Shown: in pieces, positions 27,525 through 39,179 of the stretch | Layout of the letters: each line of letters starts with the position of its first letter | How positions within the stretch are numbered: position 1 is the first letter of the stretch | Assembly (NCBI GenBank): GCA_046537785.1 | Contig: JBKHKD010000012.1 | Span: forward strand, 14,596 to 78,595 | DNA length: 64,000 bases | Source: Actinomycetota bacterium | Lineage (GTDB): Bacteria > Actinomycetota > Acidimicrobiia > Spongiisociales > ZC4RG35 | Direction: 5' to 3' | Made by a program: the position numbers and the translations under genes | The notes under the pieces: model-generated | Database searches by the model: none | What the model was told of the DNA's origin: nothing | The model's input: the letters and a program-made list of their open reading frames with translations, nothing else

Positions 27525-28376
27525 ATGAGACGAGTTGTCGTGCTGACCCTGCTGGTTCTGGTGGCGGGTTGCACTAACGCCGGGACCGGCTCCACGGTGA
27601 CATCCAGTTCCACCACATCGACATCGGTCGGCACGTCGACGACCTCCCTACCCCCGGTGGTCGAATGTCCCGGCGTTGGCGAGTTCGAGGAGGGTGGAAC
27701 CATCGCCGACATCCCCTCCGAGGGCTCGGACAGCAGGAACATCGGTCAGATATCCTGGGAGAGAAACGACAGATGCGAGACGTTCCACTTCGAGTTCGTG
27801 ACCTCCGAGAGCGCACCCGCCACGACCCCACCAGGGCTCAGCGTGGATCATCTGGAGTCGTTTCAGGTCATCCGGGTGCGACTTGATATCGAGACGGCGG
27901 TAGTCAAAGAACAGCTCGTCGAGACTGACCTCGTCGACCGGATCTATGTCGTCAGGTCACTATCTGGAGACCTGTTCCTCGACCTCCACCTGTCCGAGCC
28001 GGCAGCCGCCCGAGCCTCTGTTTCTTCCTCGCCTGCACGGCTGACCCTCGAACTGAGACCCGGGTTCGTCCCCTTCATGGGGACATCGACGATCGGAGAA
28101 GATCTCGTCCTCACTTCACCTGCTCAAAACGAAGTGTCCGGCGACATCCAACTTCTCGGGTATGCACGTACCACGTCCGGAGAGGTGACCGCAGTGGCAA
28201 CCCAGGACGACTCTGTGGCCGCCGAAGCCACGACCACGACCGCAGATGGGGCTGGCTCGTGGGGTGAGTTCCGAATCGGACTGTCGCTACCAACCGGTCA
28301 ATTCTCGGTTTTCATCGGCGAGGAGAACGACGACGAGGGCCTCCAGGGAGTCACCGTCGACCTCACGGTGAACTGA
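27525..28376 (+). CDS. Lipoprotein (lipobox LVAGC) with Thr/Ser-rich linker and GerMN/Gmad2-like beta-rich domains
   Basis: MRRVVVLTLLVLVAGCTNAG… signal peptide plus lipobox. It is on the opposite strand, inserted between trmD and rimM. It parallels lppW between trmD and rplS in mycobacteria. Its 3' end overlaps the rimM 3' end by 14 bp. Confidence 0.72.
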   Translation: MRRVVVLTLLVLVAGCTNAGTGSTVTSSSTTSTSVGTSTTSLPPVVECPGVGEFEEGGTIADIPSEGSDSRNIGQISWERNDRCETFHFEFVTSESAPATTPPGLSVDHLESFQVIRVRLDIETAVVKEQLVETDLVDRIYVVRSLSGDLFLDLHLSEPAAARASVSSSPARLTLELRPGFVPFMGTSTIGEDLVLTSPAQNEVSGDIQLLGYARTTSGEVTAVATQDDSVAAEATTTTADGAGSWGEFRIGLSLPTGQFSVFIGEENDDEGLQGVTVDLTVN

Positions 28377-28827
28377 GACCCTCGATCTCGTCCACCTCGA
28401 CATATCCCTCCTCCAGGTCGACCACAGGAACCAGTTCATCGACGAACGGCACTTCGAAACTCGTGTCCTCGCGCTCGATGACCAGCCGGTCCTGTGACAC
28501 GCCGTGGGCCACCCCTGCGACACGGCCCCCTCCCGGTCTGACTTCCAACCCGACGAGGTCGGATGGCCAGAACTCGCGTTCACCGAGATCCCGGGCCTCA
28601 GCCACGTAGACGTCGCTGCCCCTGATCTCCTCGGCGCCGACGCGATCGGTGACTTCTTCGAAGGCCACCTGGGGACCTTTCTTGCCGTGGCGGACGGCAC
28701 GAACTGTGTAAGAAGTCTCCCCGATCTGGACGACAGCCCCGATCTCGAAGTGAATCAGATCCTCCGGCTCGACATAGACCCCAATGAATCCGTCGAGGCC
28801 GTTCGGCTTGCCCAGCCGTCCAACCAG
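28363..28827 (-). CDS. rimM: Ribosome maturation factor RimM; no canonical start codon is available for the conserved N-terminus
   Basis: Continuous in-frame translation gives (L)VGRLGKPNGLDGFIGVYVEPEDLIHFEIGAVVQIGETSYTVRAVRHGKKGPQVAFEEVTDRVGAEEIRGSDVYV…PRC-barrel… The first ATG/GTG/TTG in frame is the GTG at 28668, in the middle of the protein. The candidate start is the CTG at 28827. Confidence 0.68.
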   Translation of the reverse strand: MVGRLGKPNGLDGFIGVYVEPEDLIHFEIGAVVQIGETSYTVRAVRHGKKGPQVAFEEVTDRVGAEEIRGSDVYVAEARDLGEREFWPSDLVGLEVRPGGGRVAGVAHGVSQDRLVIEREDTSFEVPFVDELVPVVDLEEGYVEVDEIEGLSSP

Positions 28828-28840
28828 GACGCCGGGCCGA

Positions 28841-29098
28841 TCAGTCGAGGAACTCGACTCCAGCGTTGATCCCTTCCTCTTCGCCGGCGGCGCCGGCAGC
28901 GGCCCGGATGGCCTTCGCCACCCGGCCCCGGCGACCGATTACACGCCCCATGTCCGGCTTGGCGGTGCGCACCTCTGCGACAAACTCGTCCGGACCCTGT
29001 TCGACCAGGGTCACCTGTACTGCGTCCGAGTCCTCCACGATGCTCTTCACGACATACGTGACGACTCGTTCAACGATCTCGCCTTTGGCCAAGTTCAC
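28841..29098 (-). CDS. KH-domain RNA-binding protein (Rv2908c-like)
   Basis: 85 aa with a GxxG KH motif (…MGRVIGRRGRVAKAIR…), between rpsP and rimM. Confidence 0.8.
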   Translation of the reverse strand: MNLAKGEIVERVVTYVVKSIVEDSDAVQVTLVEQGPDEFVAEVRTAKPDMGRVIGRRGRVAKAIRAAAGAAGEEEGINAGVEFLD

Positions 29099-29466
29099 TC
29101 CTCCTCGGTGGAAGCGCCGGTTGCGGCGGGCTCAGGAGTCTCCTCCTCAGAGGTCTCCTCGTCCGCCGACTCTTGCTTGTCGGCGCCCACCACATGGATA
29201 CCACCTGTCTTGATCTTCATGGTGTCCATCGCGCCGGAGATGTTGAGAAGCTTCTCCACGGTCTCGGATGGCTGCGCACCTTTCGCGAGCCAATCGACTG
29301 CTCGCTCGTTGTCGATCTCGATCAGCGAGGGATCTTGGCGCGCGTCGTATCGGCCGATTTGTTCGATATAACGGCCATCGCGGGGAGCGCGCTGGTCCAT
29401 GACCACCACCCGGTAGACGGGTTGTTTCGTCTTACCCATCCGCATCAATCTCAGTCTGACTGCCAT
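29095..29466 (-). CDS. rpsP: 30S ribosomal protein S16 with an acidic C-terminal tail
   Basis: MAVRLRLMRMGKTKQPVYRVVVMDQRAPRDGRYIEQIG…. Confidence 0.95.
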   Translation of the reverse strand: MAVRLRLMRMGKTKQPVYRVVVMDQRAPRDGRYIEQIGRYDARQDPSLIEIDNERAVDWLAKGAQPSETVEKLLNISGAMDTMKIKTGGIHVVGADKQESADEETSEEETPEPAATGASTEEE

Positions 29467-29485
29467 CTAATTCACCTCTGAACTC

Positions 29486-30820
29486 TCATCTCTTGATCCG
29501 CCGACCACCGGTGAGGGCCTCGAGTGACGGCATGCCCTTTCCTCCTGCCAGCGTCTTCATCATCTTTTGTGTCTCGGCGAACTGCTTGAGGACCCGATTC
29601 ACGTCCTGGGGCGTGGTGCCCGATCCGGCCGCGATTCGGCGCTTTCGACTTCCGCCGATGATCTTTGGAGTCCGGCGCTCTTCGGGGGTCATCGACTGGA
29701 TGATGGCCTCGACCTTCTTCAGGTCGCGATCGTCGACTTCGACATCGCGCAGGAGCGACCCGGACCCGGGCAGCATAGCAAGTATGTCCTGGAGAGGCCC
29801 CATCGACTTCACCGCCTCGAACTGGCTGAGGAAGTCCTCCAGGGTGAACTCGCCTTTCTCGAGTCGTTGCGCCGCCTTCTCGGCCTCCTTCTCGTCAAAG
29901 GCGGTCTCAGCCTTTTCGATGAGGGTGAGAACGTCGCCCATACCGAGAATGCGGCTGGCCATCCGCTCCGGATGGAAGGCTTCGATGTCGTCGAGCCCCT
30001 CTCCCACGCCGGCGAATTTCACGGGCGCGCCGGTGACCTCCCGGACCGATATCGCCGCGCCTCCTCTGGCATCGCCGTCGAGCTTGGAGAGAACCACGCC
30101 GGTGAGCCCGATCTGGCTCTGGAACCCGTCGGCCACGTTCACGGCGTCCTGGCCGGTCATCGCATCCACAACCAGAAGCACCTCGTCGGGATCGGTTGCC
30201 TTGCGCACCGCGGCGAGCTCCTTCATGAGAGCGTCGTCGATTTGGAGACGACCCGCCGTATCCACGAGGACGACGTCCCTGCCGGTATTGGCCGCCTCCT
30301 TGAGAGCATTCTTGGCCAGCTTCGGTGCCTTGCCCTTGCGGTCGACAACGACCGGGACATCCACTTTCCCCGCCAGGGTCTCCAGCTGGTCGATGGCGGC
30401 GGGACGTTGCAGGTCGGCGGCCACGAGCAGAGGCCTCTTTCCCTGCTTCTTCAACAGCTTCGCCAGCTTGCCGGCCGTGGTGGTCTTCCCCGAGCCCTGG
30501 AGGCCCACCAGGAGGATCACTTGTGGTGGCGTCGACTTGGCCAATCCCGCCACCTCAGAGCCGAGGGTGTTGATCAGCTCCTCGTGGACGATCTTGATCA
30601 CCTGCTGGCCCGGGGTGATCGACTTCGACACGTCCTCCCCGAGGGCCCGCTCTTTCACCCTGCTCAGGAAGGACTTGACGACGCCCACGTTGACGTCGGC
30701 TTCGAGAAGGGCGAGCCGGACTTCACGCAGGGCGGAGTCGATGTCGCTCTCGGAGAGCTTGCCCTTGCCCCGCAAGGTCGAGAAAACCGTCTCGAATCGT
30801 TGTGTGAGCGTGTCGAACAT
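29486..30820 (-). CDS. ffh: Signal recognition particle protein Ffh
   Basis: N domain, SRP-GTPase G domain (…GLQGSGKTTTAGKLA…, …DTAGR…), and Met-rich M domain. Confidence 0.95.
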   Translation of the reverse strand: MFDTLTQRFETVFSTLRGKGKLSESDIDSALREVRLALLEADVNVGVVKSFLSRVKERALGEDVSKSITPGQQVIKIVHEELINTLGSEVAGLAKSTPPQVILLVGLQGSGKTTTAGKLAKLLKKQGKRPLLVAADLQRPAAIDQLETLAGKVDVPVVVDRKGKAPKLAKNALKEAANTGRDVVLVDTAGRLQIDDALMKELAAVRKATDPDEVLLVVDAMTGQDAVNVADGFQSQIGLTGVVLSKLDGDARGGAAISVREVTGAPVKFAGVGEGLDDIEAFHPERMASRILGMGDVLTLIEKAETAFDEKEAEKAAQRLEKGEFTLEDFLSQFEAVKSMGPLQDILAMLPGSGSLLRDVEVDDRDLKKVEAIIQSMTPEERRTPKIIGGSRKRRIAAGSGTTPQDVNRVLKQFAETQKMMKTLAGGKGMPSLEALTGGRRIKR

Positions 30821-30867
30821 TCGGGTCTAGGTTATGGCGTGCGGGACGGCAATGACGATCGGGAGCG

Positions 30868-31794
30868 TTGTGGCGGGCGACCGGGAAGCCCGCACAAGCA
30901 CTTAACCTGTCTCCCGTGATTCCGAACACCATCGAGGATCTCCAAGCGGCCCTCGACAGCCAGGACTACTTCGCCGGCGACGACCTGACGGTCGCCATCC
31001 ATCTCGCCATCCAACTGGGTAGACCGCTCTTCCTCGAGGGAGAAGCAGGTGTCGGCAAGACCGAGGTCGCCAAGGTCCTCGCCGCCATTTCCGACGAGGA
31101 ACTGATCCGCCTCCAGTGCTACGAGGGCCTCGATGTCGGCCACGCCCTATACGAGTGGGACTATGCCCTCCAGATGATGGAGATCCGCCTCCTCGAAGCC
31201 AGAGGGGAGGGCGAGAAGGCAACCGCCCGGGACATCCTCAGCCGGGATTTCCTCATCGCCAGACCATTGCTCCAGGCCATCGAGGCGGCCCGCGCGGGTC
31301 GGCGCCCCGTTCTGCTCATCGACGAGTTGGACCGTGCCGACGAGGAGTTCGAGGCCTTTCTGCTCGAGCTCCTTTCCGACTTCCAGGTCTCCATCCCCGA
31401 GATCGGCACCATCAAGGCCGACGACCCTCCGATCGTCATCCTCACCTCCAACCGGACCCGTGAGATCCACGACGCGCTCAAGAGACGCTGCATCTACCAC
31501 TGGATCGACTACCCGACTCCTTCTCTCGAAGCGGCCATCGTCGAGCGCAAGGTGCCCGGAGTCACTAAGGACCTGGCCGCGAGCCTGGCCGCGGCCATGG
31601 CCAAGCTCCGCGCGATGGACCTCTTCAAGCCGCCCGGCGTGGCCGAGACCCTCGACTGGGCCGAGTCGCTGCGATTGCTCCACGACGGTGACCTCACGCC
31701 GGCCATGGCGGAACGCACCCTGGGTGTCGTGCTCAAATACAAAGACGACATCGATGCGGTGAGAGAGGCCGGAGTCGAAGCCCTGGTCGGATGA
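30868..31794 (+). CDS. coxD: MoxR-family AAA+ ATPase, CoxD-like CO dehydrogenase maturation factor
   Basis: Walker A GEAGVGKTEV, Walker B LLIDELDRA, sensor motifs. First gene of the cox cluster. Confidence 0.82.
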   Translation: MWRATGKPAQALNLSPVIPNTIEDLQAALDSQDYFAGDDLTVAIHLAIQLGRPLFLEGEAGVGKTEVAKVLAAISDEELIRLQCYEGLDVGHALYEWDYALQMMEIRLLEARGEGEKATARDILSRDFLIARPLLQAIEAARAGRRPVLLIDELDRADEEFEAFLLELLSDFQVSIPEIGTIKADDPPIVILTSNRTREIHDALKRRCIYHWIDYPTPSLEAAIVERKVPGVTKDLAASLAAAMAKLRAMDLFKPPGVAETLDWAESLRLLHDGDLTPAMAERTLGVVLKYKDDIDAVREAGVEALVG

Positions 31795-32906
31795 GTGTTC
31801 CAGGTCCGGTCAGGGACCTCGCCACCTTTGCAGAGGCTCTCCGACACCGGGGGTTGACTGTCACCCCCGACCAGGTGGGAGACATGGCCCGGGCGGTCAC
31901 CCTCGTCGACCCTTCTGAGCGCAGTCAGTTTTATGGAGCCCTCCGCTCGCTGGCCATCACCGACCCCGCGGAGCGCGGACCATTCGACGAGGTGTTCAAC
32001 GAGTTCTTCGAATGTCTGTTCCAGGCACCCCCCAAGGTGTCCGAGCAACACTCGAACCAGGGCTCCTCGATGGCGGTCAAGCCGATCCTGAAGTCCGTCG
32101 GCCAATCCGAGGAGTCCGAGACGAGGTCCCAAGCAGGTGCTTCGGCCACAGAGAACATTGCAACCCGGGACTTCGCCGAACTGGACGACGACCAGCTCAT
32201 CGAAGCTCGCCGGCTGGTCATGGCGATGATGTGGCAACCATCCGACGTGAAAACGCGCCGCTGGCTTCCCTCTCGCACTGGCCCCAGTCCCGACTTGCGC
32301 AGGACCCTCCGTGGAACCGTCCGAGCTGAGGGCGACCTGATGCCGATCGTCCGCCGACGACGGAGGAAGAGACAGCGGCCGCTGATCATCATCGCCGACA
32401 TCTCCGGATCGATGGAGAAGTACGCAGATCTCTTTCTCGTCTTTGCCCATGCTGCTCAACGCCGCATCGACCACGTCGAGGCATTCACTTTCTCCACCGA
32501 GCTCACCCGCATCACCGAAGAGCTCAAGCGCCGCGACACCAAGACGGCACTGGACAAGGTATCGAGCTCGGTTCGGGACTGGTCCGGAGGGACCAAGATT
32601 GGCGAAGCGTTCGCCGAGTGGAACCGGCTCTGGAGCCGACGGCTCGCCCGAGGGGGCCCGATAGCGCTCGTCCTCTCGGATGGCTGGGACTGTGGTGACC
32701 CCGAGCTATTGCGCACCGAGATCGCCCGTCTCGCCCGGACAGTGCACCGGGTGATCTGGCTGAATCCCCTGGCAGCCCGGAACGACTACCGGCCGGCCAC
32801 CCGGGGGATGCAGGCCGTTCTCCCCCACGTCGACCATCTGCTCCCGGCAGCGAGTGTGCAGGACCTACGCGGCGTGGTCCGCCTCCTTGACACTATGCAG
32901 CGGTAG
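31791..32906 (+). CDS. coxE: VWA-domain protein, CoxE-like
   Basis: C-terminal vWA with a MIDAS-like motif (…IIIADISGSMEKYADLF…). 4-bp overlap with coxD. Confidence 0.8.
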   Translation: MSVPGPVRDLATFAEALRHRGLTVTPDQVGDMARAVTLVDPSERSQFYGALRSLAITDPAERGPFDEVFNEFFECLFQAPPKVSEQHSNQGSSMAVKPILKSVGQSEESETRSQAGASATENIATRDFAELDDDQLIEARRLVMAMMWQPSDVKTRRWLPSRTGPSPDLRRTLRGTVRAEGDLMPIVRRRRRKRQRPLIIIADISGSMEKYADLFLVFAHAAQRRIDHVEAFTFSTELTRITEELKRRDTKTALDKVSSSVRDWSGGTKIGEAFAEWNRLWSRRLARGGPIALVLSDGWDCGDPELLRTEIARLARTVHRVIWLNPLAARNDYRPATRGMQAVLPHVDHLLPAASVQDLRGVVRLLDTMQR

Positions 32907-32979
32907 AGACCGCCTTCTCGCAGCACGAACACCACCACTCCGGTAGGTTCAGTGTCACTGCACATCTGAGGAGGTCCTG

Positions 32980-33855
32980 TTGTACCCAGCCAAGTTCGAC
33001 TATCTGGTGCCCGAGTCGCTGGAGGAAGCCCTGTCGATCCTCGCCGAACGGGGGGATGAGGTGAAGATCCTCGCCGGGGGCCAGAGCCTCATTCCGATGA
33101 TGAAGCTGCGTTTCGCCCGGCCCTCGACCCTGCTGGACATCAACCGACTGCCCGACCTCAATCGCATAGAACGGGACAATGGGCATATCACGATCGACGC
33201 CCTGGCCCGTCACAACGACGTTGTGAACTCCGAGGAGGCCAAGACAAACCACACGGTGACGGCCACCGCCCCCTGGGTCGCCGACCCCATCGTGCGCAAC
33301 CTGGGCACCCCTGTTGGCTCGGTGGCCCATCATGACCCGGAGGGTGACTGGGCCTCGGTGATGCTGGCATGCAATGCCGAGGTAGTGGTGAGGAGCACCG
33401 ACGGCGAGCGGGTCGTCCCTGCGTCGGAATTCCTGGTCGACATGTTTGCCACGTCATGTCAGCCCAACGAGATGGTGACCCAGCTACGGATCCCCGCACA
33501 CTCCGCCCGGGGTGGAGGCGACTATCAGAAACTCGAACGCAAGGTCGGCGACTACGCCACGGTCGGGGTCGCCACATCTTTGGAGTTGGCCGAGGACGGG
33601 TCCATCGCCTCGGCTGGTATCGGGCTCACGTCGGTGTATGCCCACAACCTGAAGGTGACCGAGGCCGAGGAGGCCCTGCAGGGCAACCAGCCGAGCGACG
33701 AACTGTTCGCCGAGGCGGGACGTATAGCTGCAGAGACGTGTGATCCGGCATCGGACACCCGGGGCAGCGCCGAGTACAAGCGACACATTGTCGACGTGTT
33801 CACCCAACGTGGGCTGGCCAGGTCGCTCGAGATCGCACAGGGAGGTCAGGAATGA
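32980..33855 (+). CDS. coxM: CO dehydrogenase medium (FAD-binding) subunit
   Basis: FAD-binding PCMH domain (…KILAGGQSLIPMMKLR…). TTG start preceded by GAGGAGG. Confidence 0.85.
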   Translation: MYPAKFDYLVPESLEEALSILAERGDEVKILAGGQSLIPMMKLRFARPSTLLDINRLPDLNRIERDNGHITIDALARHNDVVNSEEAKTNHTVTATAPWVADPIVRNLGTPVGSVAHHDPEGDWASVMLACNAEVVVRSTDGERVVPASEFLVDMFATSCQPNEMVTQLRIPAHSARGGGDYQKLERKVGDYATVGVATSLELAEDGSIASAGIGLTSVYAHNLKVTEAEEALQGNQPSDELFAEAGRIAAETCDPASDTRGSAEYKRHIVDVFTQRGLARSLEIAQGGQE

Positions 33856-34324
33856 ACATCACGGTCACCGTCAACGGGACAGAGCACAGCGCCGACGTCG
33901 AGCCGAGAAAGCTTCTCGTCGACTTCATCAGGTCGGACCTGAAGCTGACCGGAACTCACATCGGGTGTGACACCACGAGCTGCGGGGTGTGCACCGTGCT
34001 GCTCGATGGCACACCGGTGAAGTCATGCACCGTGTTCGCCGTCCAGGCCAACGGCCGGGCGATCACGACTGTCGAGGGCCTGAAGCAGAACGGCCAGCTC
34101 GCACCGATCCAGGAGGCATTCAAAGAACACCACGGCCTCCAGTGCGGGTTCTGCACACCGGCGATGATGCTGGTGGGCAGCGCCCTCATCGAGGAGAACC
34201 CCAACCCGTCCGAAGACGACGTGAGGTGGGCCATCTCAGGGAATCTCTGCCGGTGCACCGGATACATGAACATCGTGAAGTCGATACAGGCCGCCGCCGA
34301 GGCGACCAGCCAGGGAGCAAACTG

Positions 34325-34325
<1 letters not shown>
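33852..34325 (+). CDS. coxS: CO dehydrogenase small (2Fe-2S) subunit
   Basis: …HIGCDTTSCGVCTVLLDG… and …CGFCTPAMML…CRCTGY… clusters; ATGA overlaps with both neighbours. Confidence 0.9.
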
Positions 34326-36687
<2,362 letters not shown>

Positions 36688-36691
<4 letters not shown>

Positions 36692-37605
36692 ACCGGGAGT
36701 TGCTCGAGCTGGCGGCCGATTTGAGCCGCCGGCATCGACCGTTCCTGACCGCCACGGTGGTGTGGGCCCGTGGCCCGTCGTCGGGTAAGCGGGGATCCAC
36801 CGCCGTGATCGAGCCTGACGGTTCGGTCCATGGATGGATCGGAGGCGCCTGTGCCGAGCCCGTGGTCATCCGCGAGGCCCGCGAGGCCATGTCGGACGGC
36901 AAGCCAAGGCTCCTCTTCCTCGGCACCGAGGAGGACATCGCCTCGGTGGAGAACCGCCCGGACGTGACCACTGTTCCGATATCGTGCACCTCCGAGGGCG
37001 CACTGGAGGTCTTCTTGGAACCCATGCTTCCCCAGCCCCATCTGGTCGTGATCGGCGGCTCCCCCGCGGTCGATACCCTGGTCAGCCTGGCCGAGACACT
37101 GGACTGGAGGGTCGACTTGGTCGGCGACGACCTCGAGCTCCCCGAAGTCTCGGGAAGCTCCGCGATCGTGGTCGCCACCCAGGGCCACTACGACGAACCC
37201 GCCGTGGAGGCCGCCCTCGCCACCGAGGCCGGGTACATCGGTCTCGTCGCATCCGCGAAACGCGCCGAGACCATCACGGGCTACCTGCGGGACCGGGGAC
37301 TCGACGACAACCAGGTGGCACGGGTCATCGCTCCGGCGGGAATAGACCTCGGGCACATCGCCCACCGCGAGATCGGGGTCTCCATAGTTGCGGACCTGGT
37401 CAAGCGCCGTGCCGCGGGAGAGCTCCAGGGATGGCCGATTCCGGTGGAGAAGCCCCATGTCGCCATCGACCCGGTGTGTGACATGGAAGTGGAGGTAGCC
37501 ACTGCGAAGTGGATCACCGAGCACGAGGGCGAGACCTATTACTTCTGCGCCCCCGTTTGCAAGGCCGCCTTCGAGAAGGAGCCGGCGCAGTACGCTGGGG
37601 TGTGA
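36688..37605 (+). CDS. coxF: XdhC/CoxF/CoxI-family maturation protein with a C-terminal YHS/TRASH metal-binding domain
   Basis: XdhC_CoxI N-domain (…TATVVWARGPSSGKRGSTAVIEPDGSVHGWIGGACAE…) and Rossmann-like C-domain (…PHLVVIGGSPAV…). The last ~49 aa, AIDPVCDMEVEVATAKWITEHEGETYYFCAPVCKAAFEKEP, form a YHS motif. GTG start overlaps the coxL stop. Confidence 0.75.
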
Positions 37606-37608
37606 GCC

Positions 37609-37917
37609 ATGAGAAACCAGTTAGCCGTACGCGACAAGTGGGCCCATGAGGGCAAGAAGGTCGCCGTCGCCACCGTGATCAAGGTTCACGGCAGTGCGCC
37701 CCGGCCCGAGGGCTCCAAGTTCCTGGTGTCATCCGAAGGCGATATGGAGGGATCGGTCAGCGGCGGTTGCGTCGAGAACGATGTCTTTCTCCATGCCCAG
37801 GAGGTTATCGAGACCGGGAAGCCCAAGAAGGTGACCTATGGCATCGCCGACGAGGATGCCTTCGAGGTCGGGATGTCGTGCGGGGGGACGATCGACGTCT
37901 TCATAGAGCCCTGGTGA
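37609..37917 (+). CDS. XdhC/CoxI-family protein, N-terminal domain only (102 aa)
   Basis: …[39 protein letters not shown]… with no Rossmann part. The stop overlaps the next XdhC gene (GTGA). Confidence 0.6.
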   Translation: MRNQLAVRDKWAHEGKKVAVATVIKVHGSAPRPEGSKFLVSSEGDMEGSVSGGCVENDVFLHAQEVIETGKPKKVTYGIADEDAFEVGMSCGGTIDVFIEPW

Positions 37918-38687
37918 GCGAGGTAAACGAAGCGATCCAGGCGCTGCTCGATGCCGAGCGGTTCGGCTCGGTGGCCACTGTCGTCGAAGGGCCCGCCATT
38001 GGGGACAAAGCCGTGATCGACAACTCGGGCGCGGTCGTCGCCGGCTCGCTCCCCGCCGACATCTCCTCCGATGTCACGGAAGACGCGGTGACCCTCATGG
38101 GTCACGAACAGCATCGCACCCTCGACTATGGAGAGCATTCCGTCTTCCTCGAGACGCTCGCCCCGCCTCCTGACTTGCTGGTTTTCGGGGCGGTGCACAT
38201 CGGTCAGGCCCTCTCCTCCTTCGGGACCCAGATGGGATACCGGGTGACCGTGGTGGACTCCCGGGCGCCGTTCGTCACCGAAGAGAGGTTTCCTACAGCC
38301 CATCGTCTGCTGGTGGGATGGCCCAAGGACTTGATGGACCAGATCGGCTTCGACCGGCGCACCTGGGTGGTCGTATTGTCGCACGACGCCAGACACGAGA
38401 CTCCACCTCTCCAGGCGGCGCTGAAGTCAGACACCCGCTACATCGGGGCCATGGGCTCACGTCGCACCCACAACCAGAGGGTGGAACGCCTCAAAGACCT
38501 CGGTTTCGACGACGCTGACATCGGGAGGATCCACTCCCCCATCGGCCTGGACATCGGGGCGGAGACCCCTCAAGAGGTTGCCGTGTCGATCCTGGCGGAG
38601 ATGACACTGGTGCGATACGGCGCCGGTTCCGGGGTGTCGCTCAAGGGAGTCGAGGGCCGCGTCCACAAACAGCGCGGCGACAGGTAG
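37914..38687 (+). CDS. coxI: XdhC/CoxI-family maturation protein (both domains)
   Basis: …[21 protein letters not shown]… N-domain and …[28 protein letters not shown]… Rossmann C-domain. Confidence 0.7.
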   Translation: MSEVNEAIQALLDAERFGSVATVVEGPAIGDKAVIDNSGAVVAGSLPADISSDVTEDAVTLMGHEQHRTLDYGEHSVFLETLAPPPDLLVFGAVHIGQALSSFGTQMGYRVTVVDSRAPFVTEERFPTAHRLLVGWPKDLMDQIGFDRRTWVVVLSHDARHETPPLQAALKSDTRYIGAMGSRRTHNQRVERLKDLGFDDADIGRIHSPIGLDIGAETPQEVAVSILAEMTLVRYGAGSGVSLKGVEGRVHKQRGDR

Positions 38688-38690
38688 ACC

Positions 38691-39179
38691 TCAGTCGGCT
38701 TTGCTCCAAAGGTCGATGATGTTGCCTTCGGGGTCCTGCATGTAGACGAAACGCGCCCGGGTTCCTGAGGGAGCCTTCCACTCGACGAGATCGCCCAACT
38801 TCTTGCCGCCGGCGCCGCCCACCTTGCCCATTGCCGTCTCGATGTCCTCCACTTCGAAAGCGAGCTGGCCCTGTCCTGGCTGATAGTGCCAATCCGGCGG
38901 ACGCTTCCCATTCACCGAGTACAGCTCGAGGACCGGCCCGTGCTCCCCCCGTCCGGGCAGACGCAGGACGGTCAACTGGATGTCGGCATCGGGAACACCG
39001 GTAGCGCGGGCCACGGCATCGTCCTCGGGTTTCTGGAGGGGCACGACCGTCACACAGTCGAGAGCCTCCTCGTAGAACCTGGCGAGGGTCTCGGGGTCAC
39101 GGGCTAGGAATTTCACTTGATCGAATCGCACCAACGGGACGATAAACGACGCCGGCTCCTCCCGGTACCCTGGACTCAT
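38691..39179 (-). CDS. Glyoxalase/bleomycin-resistance/dioxygenase (VOC) family protein
   Basis: The C-terminal ~160 aa form a VOC fold (…VRFDQVKFLARDPETLARFYEEAL…). Start taken at M (complement of 39177-39179). The track ORF adds 51 low-complexity residues. Confidence 0.68.
   Translation of the reverse strand: MSPGYREEPASFIVPLVRFDQVKFLARDPETLARFYEEALDCVTVVPLQKPEDDAVARATGVPDADIQLTVLRLPGRGEHGPVLELYSVNGKRPPDWHYQPGQGQLAFEVEDIETAMGKVGGAGGKKLGDLVEWKAPSGTRARFVYMQDPEGNIIDLWSKAD

Noticed and set aside
28287-28700. 137-aa minus ORF overlapping rimM
   Set aside because: Different frame from the clearly recognisable RimM translation; Ser/Trp/Arg-rich nonsense.
29493-30919. Two ~450-aa plus ORFs inside ffh, and similar ones inside ppc (44743-46131), tricorn (61154-62497), amtB (20961-22223) and glnD (19185-20051)
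   Set aside because: All are antisense to genes with unambiguous homology-type translations. The products are low-complexity R/G/P/A-rich, the expected artefact of ~68% GC.
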